A stretch of DNA of 64,000 nucleotides. Origin: Candidatus Falkowbacteria bacterium RIFOXYD12_FULL_34_57. GTDB lineage: Bacteria > Patescibacteriota > Patescibacteriia > Patescibacteriales > UBA12075. Each line of letters starts with the position of its first letter. Positions within the stretch are counted from its first letter, which is position 1. The position numbers and the translations under genes are program-made. Under the pieces are notes generated by a model that searched no databases, had not been told where the DNA came from, and saw nothing but the letters and a program-made list of their open reading frames with translations. Of this stretch, positions 1-7,292 are shown piece by piece. Where the stretch lies: assembly GCA_001780285.1 (NCBI GenBank), contig MFGN01000005.1:10200-74199 (forward strand), in the 5' to 3' direction.

Positions 1-212
1 GGATTATCATCATCGGCGATCCATTTGGCATTAGGGGGATGGGCTTCTTTAGAAACTATTCTGATCTTTGCCTTTTTGGCTTGAGTATTTAATTCATCCA
101 CGATATCGGTTCCGCCCGGTACGGGTAATTCATCAGGGCAGACATCGGTAAAACAGTTTTGCGGGTCTACATCAAAAGACGCAGTTTTTTCTTTCTTTAC
201 ATACAGAGTCAT
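1..212 (-). CDS. Isochorismatase/nicotinamidase-family hydrolase, N-terminal fragment (gene continues beyond left edge)
   Basis: Reverse-strand ATG at 210-212 with AGGAGG (rc of 218-223) 5 nt upstream, open to position 1. Translation MTLYVKKEKTASFDVDPQNCFTDVCPDELPVPGGTDIVDELN has the D-x-D-x-Q-N-x-F start typical of the isochorismatase/PncA fold. Absent from the ORF track because it is truncated. Confidence 0.5.
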   Translation of the reverse strand, partial: MTLYVKKEKTASFDVDPQNCFTDVCPDELPVPGGTDIVDELNTQAKKAKIRIVSKEAHPPNAKWIADDDN

Positions 213-556
213 GTTTTCCTCCTTATTTAAAAAACGTTATTAAGTTGTTACTCTTTTTAATTGTATAACTTAATATACTTATTAAGAAAAGTCAAAATCT
301 TTTTGTGCTTTTTACATTATGAAGAGAGTGTTATGTCTCTTTTAAAGAACATTAATATAATAATTAGTGTATTATATACACTTATATTATATTACTTTAA
401 AATTTGTGTCAATAGGTATTTTTTTGTTAAATATTAGTTAAATTTATTTTATGTTAGTGTGTATAATACAATTATTATTGATTATTTATTAATTTATGTT
501 AATATCTAATCAAACATAGATGAAAGTTAACAGAAATAAAAAAGAGGTGTTATTTC

Positions 557-856
557 ATGCCGGAAAACAAAAAGACTTATTTGGTTATTGTTGATAATTA
601 CGTGTTTTATAACGCAGATTATGAAATTCACAGACAAGAAATAGAAATTTCAGAAGAAGATTTTAATAAAAAGGAAGTTATTGATATGATCAAGAAAAAA
701 TATAGACCTCAGAAATTTCCGCCGGGAACGCATTGGTTTATAAAAATTTTAACCTATTTGGGTGAAGCCCAAGCCCCCGTAATCGAAAGATTTTATCTGG
801 AATCCTATACAGAAGACGGAGTGTTAAGCAAAACCAGCGAAATATATAATTTTTAA
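557..856 (+). CDS. Hypothetical small protein (99 aa)
   Basis: ATG preceded by AAAGAGGTG and followed by a terminator hairpin. No family recognised. Confidence 0.5.
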   Translation: MPENKKTYLVIVDNYVFYNADYEIHRQEIEISEEDFNKKEVIDMIKKKYRPQKFPPGTHWFIKILTYLGEAQAPVIERFYLESYTEDGVLSKTSEIYNF

Positions 857-863
857 AACAACA

Positions 864-891
864 AAAGACAAGAATAATCCTTGTCTTTTTT
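864..891 (+). terminator. Rho-independent terminator
   Basis: AAAGACAAG / CTTGTCTTT stem with a 7-nt loop, followed by a T-run. Confidence 0.6.
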
Positions 892-1083
892 CTTGTTCAA
901 TTTTGTTAATATTGGTAAACTAATAATAGATTTCAGGTTTAGGATTTACGATTTAAGAATAATAATATTTTTATATTTTTTAATTTTTAATTGTCATTTT
1001 GCATTTTGAAATTTTCAGTCATCAAATATTAATTTAAATTTGGGCTGATCCGCCTTGGGCGGAGCATTTTGATTTTTATAAGT

Positions 1084-2202
1084 ATGAACATTATTTATTT
1101 TTTATTAAGCCTTCTTCTTTTGGGAATTGTTGCGGTTATTTTTCTTTTATTGCGCCGAGTAGAGACCGGCGGCGACAACGAAAGGCTGATTGAAATGAAA
1201 GAACAGCTTAATAACCTATCTGAGCAAAATAAAGATCTGCGGCAGGCAATGGACTCCAGATTAACAGAAACTCACAGAGTAACTCAGGATCAAATCGGAA
1301 AAACTACCAGCATTATGCAGAGTGTAACCGAGCAAACCCACAAGGCTATGGCCAGTATTCATACCCAAAGCCAGAGAATAGTTACCGAGGTGACTGAGAA
1401 GCTTACAAAATTGGATGAGACCAATAAACAGGTGATGAATTTTTCTGCGCAGCTTCAAAATCTGCAGGATATCTTAAAGAATCCCAAGCAACGTGGAGTA
1501 TTGGGAGAATATTTTTTAGAAGAAACTTTAAAAAATGTTTTACCGCCGAATTCATATCAGATGCAATACGGGTTCAAGGATGGATCTATTGTTGACGCGG
1601 TTGTATTTGTGAAAGACAAGGTGATTCCGATTGACTCTAAATTTTCACTTGAAAATTATGAGCGGATTTTAAATTGCAGGGATAAAGAAAAAAGAGAACA
1701 ATTGGAAAAAGCATTCAAGCAAGATCTAAAAACGCGCATTGATGAAACAAGCAAATATGTAAAGCCTGGAGAGGGTACCATGGATTTTGCTTTTATGTTT
1801 ATACCATCTGAGGCTATTTATTATGATTTGCTTGTTAATAAAATAGGCGTGGTGCATGTTAATACCAGAGATTTGATTGAATACGCCTTTATGGACAGAA
1901 GGGTAATTATTGTTTCCCCGACTTCATTTTTAGCCTATTTGCAAACCGTATTACAAGGACTTAAGGCCCTGCAGATTGAAGAGAGCGCTAAAGCTATAAA
2001 ATCTAATGTAGAGAAGCTGGGCCGGCATATTTTAGGTTACGAAAATTTTATGAAAAAGCTCGGAAATAGCATGTCTACAACCGTAAATCATTATAATAAT
2101 GCTTATAAGGAGTTTAAAAAAATAGATAAGGATGTAGTGCGGATTACTGACGGAAAAAGCAAAATAGAGCCCATAGTATTAGATAAACCGAAGGAGGAGT
2201 AG
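1084..2202 (+). CDS. rmuC: DNA recombination protein RmuC
   Basis: N-terminal TM helix, long coiled-coil, then LKNPKQRGVLGEYFLEETLKNVLP ... IPIDSKFSLENY ... FMFIPSEAIY, the conserved RmuC core. First ATG (1084) preferred over the TTG at 1069. Confidence 0.85.
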   Translation: MNIIYFLLSLLLLGIVAVIFLLLRRVETGGDNERLIEMKEQLNNLSEQNKDLRQAMDSRLTETHRVTQDQIGKTTSIMQSVTEQTHKAMASIHTQSQRIVTEVTEKLTKLDETNKQVMNFSAQLQNLQDILKNPKQRGVLGEYFLEETLKNVLPPNSYQMQYGFKDGSIVDAVVFVKDKVIPIDSKFSLENYERILNCRDKEKREQLEKAFKQDLKTRIDETSKYVKPGEGTMDFAFMFIPSEAIYYDLLVNKIGVVHVNTRDLIEYAFMDRRVIIVSPTSFLAYLQTVLQGLKALQIEESAKAIKSNVEKLGRHILGYENFMKKLGNSMSTTVNHYNNAYKEFKKIDKDVVRITDGKSKIEPIVLDKPKEE

Positions 2203-2273
2203 GTTAATTTTGAATTATGAATTTCGATTAAATTTTTTAATTTTTCAACAAATTGATTCGAAATTCAAAATTT

Positions 2274-3287
2274 ATGATAGAAAAATTTAAAAATTTACAA
2301 GAAAGTTTTTTAAAAGAAGAAATTGGAAAGGCGATTATGCGAGTAATTGTTCTTTTTGATATATTTAATTATCCGCTTACGGAATTTGAAGTGTGGCAGT
2401 ATTTGTGCGGCAACGGTAATTCATTGTCATTAAATGATGTTAAAAAAGTTTTAGCTGACCGGCAATTTCTGGAAAAATACGGTATCGTGACAAAACAAGG
2501 ATTTTATTATTTATCTCATTTTTTTTCTTATCATCCCGAGGCTTCAATGGAGCCAGGGGCGGAATTAAAGAACCCGGGATCCATCGTTAAGACTCGCATG
2601 GATCGCTATAACCACACTGATCGTAAATTTAAGATTGCCCTTAAGGTGGCTAGGTGGTTCAAGCTCATTCCATGGATCCGCATGATAGCTGTCGGCAATA
2701 TTATTGGCGCGAATAATCTTGATGATAATAGCGATATTGACCTATTTGTTATTACTGAACGGAACCGAGCTTGGATTACGCGTCTTTTTTGTGCCGGATT
2801 AATGGCGGTATTCAATATGAGACCGAAGCCGGAGAAAAAAAGAGATAAGATTTGCCTGAGTTTTTTTATTGATGAAAATAATATGAATTTAGAAAAAATT
2901 AAAATTTCAAGAAAAGATATTTATTTTGATTATTGGCTTTTGGGACTCAAGCCGATTTATGATGCGGGCAGCGTTTATGCAAAATTTATTGAAGAAAATA
3001 GCTGGATCAGGAAAATTTTTTCAAACTGGATACCCCACAAATCAGTATATTTTCGAGATGCCGGCAAGCCTTTTCCGCGCGTTTATCACGATATTATAGA
3101 TTTGTTTTTCGGTGGGCTTAGTTACAAATTAAAGAATTGGCAAATAAGAATGATGCCGGATATTTTGCGCCAGATGATGAATCGGGATAAGCGAGTGATC
3201 GTGCAGGACGGGATATTGAAATTACATGTGAATGATAGACGAGAAAAGATATTTAATAAATATTTAAAATTGATAGAGAGTCTTTAA
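2274..3287 (+). CDS. Hypothetical protein with nucleotidyltransferase-like G-x-G...SDIDLFV motif
   Basis: Long ORF. AVGNIIGANNLDDNSDIDLFVITE resembles the G[SN]xxG-x(7-9)-SDxDLxV motif of the minimal nucleotidyltransferase fold. ATG at 2274 preferred over the upstream alternative start. Confidence 0.55.
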   Translation: MIEKFKNLQESFLKEEIGKAIMRVIVLFDIFNYPLTEFEVWQYLCGNGNSLSLNDVKKVLADRQFLEKYGIVTKQGFYYLSHFFSYHPEASMEPGAELKNPGSIVKTRMDRYNHTDRKFKIALKVARWFKLIPWIRMIAVGNIIGANNLDDNSDIDLFVITERNRAWITRLFCAGLMAVFNMRPKPEKKRDKICLSFFIDENNMNLEKIKISRKDIYFDYWLLGLKPIYDAGSVYAKFIEENSWIRKIFSNWIPHKSVYFRDAGKPFPRVYHDIIDLFFGGLSYKLKNWQIRMMPDILRQMMNRDKRVIVQDGILKLHVNDRREKIFNKYLKLIESL

Positions 3288-3398
3288 TTTTGCAATTTTT
3301 AATTTTTCGCCCAAGGGCACTTCGTAAATAAATTTTAAATTCTAATTTTTTAAACATTATAAATTATAAAATTAAAGCATTATTTAAAAATTTTTTCA

Positions 3399-4853
3399 AT
3401 GTTAAATTTATACAAAACAATAAAATACGGTTTATGTCTCTTAGTCTTTTTATTGCCCTTGCAGACGCGTTATTTTTTGCGTGAATTTACTTTGGGCGAA
3501 TGGTCTTATGAATATGGCAATATCTCTGTATATGCAACCGATGTTTTGTTGATTTTATTGATTCTTTTCTTTTTAATTTTAAAAATTAAAACATTAAAGG
3601 ATTCAGAATTGATTCAAAATTCAAAATTCAAAATTCAAAATTTAAAAAATACTTGGTTCATAATTGCTATTTTGGAATTTTCAATTTTTATTTCCATTTT
3701 TGTGTCCATAGACAAATGGGCGGCAATTTATGGCTATTTGCGATTTTTGCTGGGACTAGGTTTATTTAGTTTAATAATTTATGCTTCATACAATAAATCA
3801 AAATTGATTTGGAGTTTTGTGGGCGGAGTATTGGTGCAGACCGGTTTAGGAATTTGGCAATTTCTATCGCAAACCACTTTTGCGTCAAAATGGCTGGGAA
3901 TGGCAATTCATAATGGAGGCGATTTGGGCGCCTCTATCATTGAAACTTTGAACGGTGAAAGATGGCTTAGGGCTTACGGAGGGTTGGATCATCCGAATAT
4001 TTTGGGAGGGTTTTTAGTTGTTGCTATATTATTGTTAATAGGTTTATATTTGCGTAAAGCGGGTGAACAAGATGATCAAATTACAAATTACAAATTACAA
4101 ATTACAAATAAATTCAAAATTCAAAATTCCCTCCAATTCGGCGGGCAGGCAAAATTCAAAATTCTAGCTTTTTATCTTGTATCTTGTATCTTTTTGATGG
4201 CTTTATTTTTTACTTTCTCCAGAACTGCCTGGGCAGGTCTTATTGTAGGATTAATTGTAATGCTTATTGGGTATTTTCTAAAATTCTCCCTTAAAAAAAG
4301 GGGGGGGATTTTTAATTCCCGAGGGCTTATGTCAATTTTAAAAATTATTACCATATTTGCTTTTCTGGGAATTATCTTAAGCATTGTTTTTTCTAATTTA
4401 CTTTTAACCCGTTTATCTACAGATACGCGTGCGGAAATTATGTCTGTGAACGAAAGAATGTCTATGTATGAAATATCTAAACGAGTGATAAAAGATAATT
4501 GGTTGTTTGGTACAGGAATCAACAATTACGGCATTACCGCGGAAAAAGAGATCAGGCAAAATGCTCCTTATTATTTTTATCAGCCGGTACATAATGTTTT
4601 TTTGTTAATATGGGCAGAGGTGGGCATCATTGGACTGTTTGCATTCATTTTTTTAATATTTAATACTATATACTTAATACTGCAAAAATTGCGTTCTAAA
4701 GATTATAGAAAAAAACAAAGCATTATTTATAATCTAAGTATTTTAATCTCAGTGTCATTGATGTTTTTACTTGATCATTGGTGGTGGAGTTTGCATTGCG
4801 GCGTATTTTTGTTTTGGTTTGTTCTTGGGGTGTGCATACCCAAAGAAGATTGA
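3399..4853 (+). CDS. O-antigen ligase / O-antigen polymerase (Wzy_C) family membrane protein
   Basis: Polytopic membrane protein. FTFSRTAWAGLIVGL matches the Wzy_C core motif. Contains in-frame heptamer-repeat and 48-nt element insertions (3612-3639, 4080-4164). Confidence 0.7.
   Translation: MLNLYKTIKYGLCLLVFLLPLQTRYFLREFTLGEWSYEYGNISVYATDVLLILLILFFLILKIKTLKDSELIQNSKFKIQNLKNTWFIIAILEFSIFISIFVSIDKWAAIYGYLRFLLGLGLFSLIIYASYNKSKLIWSFVGGVLVQTGLGIWQFLSQTTFASKWLGMAIHNGGDLGASIIETLNGERWLRAYGGLDHPNILGGFLVVAILLLIGLYLRKAGEQDDQITNYKLQITNKFKIQNSLQFGGQAKFKILAFYLVSCIFLMALFFTFSRTAWAGLIVGLIVMLIGYFLKFSLKKRGGIFNSRGLMSILKIITIFAFLGIILSIVFSNLLLTRLSTDTRAEIMSVNERMSMYEISKRVIKDNWLFGTGINNYGITAEKEIRQNAPYYFYQPVHNVFLLIWAEVGIIGLFAFIFLIFNTIYLILQKLRSKDYRKKQSIIYNLSILISVSLMFLLDHWWWSLHCGVFLFWFVLGVCIPKED
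3612..3639 (+). repeat. (ATTCAAA)x4 heptanucleotide tandem repeat inside a CDS
   Basis: Four perfect 7-nt units, translated IQNSKFKIQN. Confidence 0.9.
4080..4107 (+). repeat. (ATTACAA)x4 heptanucleotide tandem repeat inside a CDS
   Basis: Four perfect 7-nt units, translated ITNYKLQITN. Immediately followed by the 48-nt element. Confidence 0.9.
4117..4164 (+). repeat. 48-nt element (heptamer arms + GC-rich core), copy 1, inside the O-antigen-ligase-like CDS
   Basis: aaattcaaaattccctccaattcggcgggcaggcaaaattcaaaattc is identical to 51209-51256. Confidence 0.9.
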
Positions 4854-4887
4854 GGTTTTTTGTGGATAAATTCATTTTTATTTTGAG

Positions 4888-4912
4888 CGCCAATAGTTAA
4901 ATTGGCGTTTTT
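4888..4912 (+). terminator. Rho-independent terminator
   Basis: CGCCAAT-agttaa-ATTGGCG followed by TTTTT, 35 nt after the stop at 4853. Confidence 0.65.
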
Positions 4913-4981
4913 AATTTTTTATTAAAAGAATTATTTATTTTTTTTATACTAATCTTAACTAATTTTTCAAAAAAATAATTC

Positions 4982-5054
4982 TTGACAAATAATTATTAAA
5001 AATTGTTTAATATAGTATTTTTTGATAGTTTTTCTTTCTTAAATATGTTATAAT
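4982..5054 (+). promoter_or_regulatory. Promoter-like block shared with 11039-11102 (TTGACAAA-N7-TAAAAATTGTTTAAT ... TGnTATAAT)
   Basis: TTGACA at 4982-4987. 26 of 30 nt identical to 11039-11068. Extended -10 TGTTATAAT at 5046-5054. Confidence 0.45.
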
Positions 5055-5184
5055 TACATTAATGATGTTGATAAATAAAATAATACTAAAATAAAAGAAA
5101 AGCTTCTTGTTGATGATATGAATTATCTTATAAAAAATTTAAATATACAAATTAATAATTTTTTGATAAAAACAAGCCAAAAAG

Positions 5185-5213
5185 CCGTTTATTTTTTGTA
5201 AACGGTTTTTTTT
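5185..5213 (+). terminator. Terminator-like hairpin in the leader upstream of the 5366 gene
   Basis: CCGTTTA-ttttttg-TAAACGG followed by eight T. No convincing ORF upstream of it. Confidence 0.5.
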
Positions 5214-5365
5214 ATTACTCTTAGTTATTCCCATATTCTGTTCGCAATGTTATGGTTTTTGCGGGTAGAACGCGGGAATCTTAATGAGTGTAAATCGGGT
5301 ATTGGATTTCCGAATTTTTTTCTATACAAAAAAGATAAGGAGATAAAAAATGAAAAATTAATTAG

Positions 5366-7291
5366 ATGAAAAATAATGCAAAGATAATTTGTTTGTTTGT
5401 TGTATTGTTGTTTGTATTAGTTCTGCCGATAGATGTTTTTGCCGCCATGAAAAGCAGCAGCTATGTGATTTATGACAGCGTGATGCACTCTTTTGATGGG
5501 CCGGTGATATCCGGCGTCGCCCACTCAATATCTGGTACAACAGCAACTATCACTTGGAACACGGATGTGGCCGCGGACAGTTTTGTAATTTATGACACCG
5601 ATAATAGTTTTGCCGCCAGCCGCGAGCAGGGAACAAGCAATAAGAATTATATCAGCCATAGCGTAGCTTTAACAGGACTTAGTGCTAACACAGAGTATTA
5701 TTATAGGGTTCGCTCAGAACGGGTAAACGGCGGAATAACGATCGACAATACTACTTATAATTTTACAACAGGATCTGAACCGGCGGGCGAAGATGAGGAA
5801 CCCGCAACCCCTTCTGGCGGCGGCGGAATATTAATTATTGATAAGACAGATAAAATAGCGCCTGTTATTTCTGATATTTCCGTGGCTGTGGTTTCTCCAA
5901 GTTCAGTTGAAATATCATGGACCACAGATGAAGAAGCAACCAGTTTTGTGGAATACGGCGAGAGTAATATTTACGGACGAACTTTTGGAAAATGGGAATT
6001 GGAGCTTGAGCATGCGGTTATTTTAGACAATTTGGATTCCGACACACTGTATCATTTTCGTGCTTTATCAAGCGATGATTGGGCTAATGTGGGATATTCC
6101 GAAGATCGGATGTTTACTACGCAAAAAGGAGAAGTGCCGCCGGAACAAGAGGTGGAAGCAAAAGAGGATCTTGAACAATCAATTTTATCAAGGGTTTCTC
6201 AGGAAATATTTAATTTTTTTCAAAGGTTGTTCCCGGCAGTATCGTTAAACGAAATCGGGCTTGATCCTTTTACGGATATTAAATCGCTTGATGATTTTTC
6301 CAATTTTGTGCCGGCGCCGATTCTCTCGGGAACACCCGGAGTATCTTTTACGGCTACAGAGGCTACTATTACATGGACTACGGATATAGAGTCCGGTTCG
6401 CAGGTAGCTATTTCTTCGGAAAGCGAATATGATCCGAATTCGGTAAATCCATATAAGCAAATCGTGGGAGATGCGGAAGCTTTGAGCACCGAACATGAAG
6501 TAAGAGTTTATGGACTTAGTCCGGATACTGTTTACCATTTTCAACTTAGAAGCAAGTCGCCCTTCGGGCCAACATCGCGATCCAGAGATTTTGTTTTTAA
6601 AACAAATATTGAAGAACTAGTGATTAGTAGTTTGTTTACGCAGATTATAGACAATGAGACAGCGGTTTTTAAGTGGGTAACAAATAAAGAGGCGGATTCT
6701 TCCGTAAAATATGCGCCTTATCGTGAAAATGTTTTAGCTATAGATATGTCCAAGACAATAAAAGACAATGCTCAGGTTATTATTCATGAAATCAAACTGA
6801 CCGATCTGGAAGCCGGCACTTTTTATGAAGTAGAGATATCCAGTACCGATGCGCTTGGAAACAAAGTGATAGAAACTTTGTCCAGATTTTCAACAGCCGA
6901 AGATGATTTGCCTCCTTCTGTGTCAAATATCAAGGCTGACTCTACTATTTTTGTGGATCGCGGAAACAAGATTCAGACAATTGTTTCATGGATTACCAGC
7001 GAGCCTTCAACATCGCGGGTTTATTATCAGGAAGGAGTGCATGGCGCAGGGATAGAGCTAATTGAGTCTACGATTTTAAATACGAATTATACCAAGGAGC
7101 ATGTAATGGTAATTACTAAATTTAAACCAGGAATAGTATATACTTTTAGGGTGGAATCTATTGATTCCGGGGGAAATGTGGTACTGTCGGATCCGCACAC
7201 CTTTATGACCGCCAAGAAAAAGGAATCAATAATACAGGTGATTATCAGAATATTGGAAGAAACATTCGGATGGTTGAAACAGCTGACATAA
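5366..7291 (+). CDS. Secreted protein with repeated fibronectin-type-III-like domains
   Basis: Signal peptide (MKNNAKIICLFVVLLFVLVLPIDVFA). At least five repeats of the pattern ATITWxTDxxAxSxVxYG ... TxYHFRxxS. Confidence 0.75.
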   Translation: MKNNAKIICLFVVLLFVLVLPIDVFAAMKSSSYVIYDSVMHSFDGPVISGVAHSISGTTATITWNTDVAADSFVIYDTDNSFAASREQGTSNKNYISHSVALTGLSANTEYYYRVRSERVNGGITIDNTTYNFTTGSEPAGEDEEPATPSGGGGILIIDKTDKIAPVISDISVAVVSPSSVEISWTTDEEATSFVEYGESNIYGRTFGKWELELEHAVILDNLDSDTLYHFRALSSDDWANVGYSEDRMFTTQKGEVPPEQEVEAKEDLEQSILSRVSQEIFNFFQRLFPAVSLNEIGLDPFTDIKSLDDFSNFVPAPILSGTPGVSFTATEATITWTTDIESGSQVAISSESEYDPNSVNPYKQIVGDAEALSTEHEVRVYGLSPDTVYHFQLRSKSPFGPTSRSRDFVFKTNIEELVISSLFTQIIDNETAVFKWVTNKEADSSVKYAPYRENVLAIDMSKTIKDNAQVIIHEIKLTDLEAGTFYEVEISSTDALGNKVIETLSRFSTAEDDLPPSVSNIKADSTIFVDRGNKIQTIVSWITSEPSTSRVYYQEGVHGAGIELIESTILNTNYTKEHVMVITKFKPGIVYTFRVESIDSGGNVVLSDPHTFMTAKKKESIIQVIIRILEETFGWLKQLT

Positions 7292-7292
7292 A

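Noticed and set aside
4861-4869. Perfect DnaA-box sequences TGTGGATAA (4861-4869 and 10864-10872, each in the motif TTTTTnTGTGGATAAAT just after a stop codon) as an origin of replication
   Set aside because: There are only two perfect boxes, 6 kb apart, plus a few one-mismatch sites. There is no cluster, no adjacent dnaA or dnaN, and roughly one perfect 9-mer hit is expected by chance in 64 kb on both strands. The shared 17-nt context may still be a small repeat.
6060-6544. Small overlapping ORFs within the Fn3 gene (6060-6248 +, 6220-6489 -, 6245-6544 -), and similar ones within the LamG, FG-GAP and helicase genes
   Set aside because: They are entirely nested in long ORFs with coherent domain repeats. 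Their composition-biased translations have no family resemblance.
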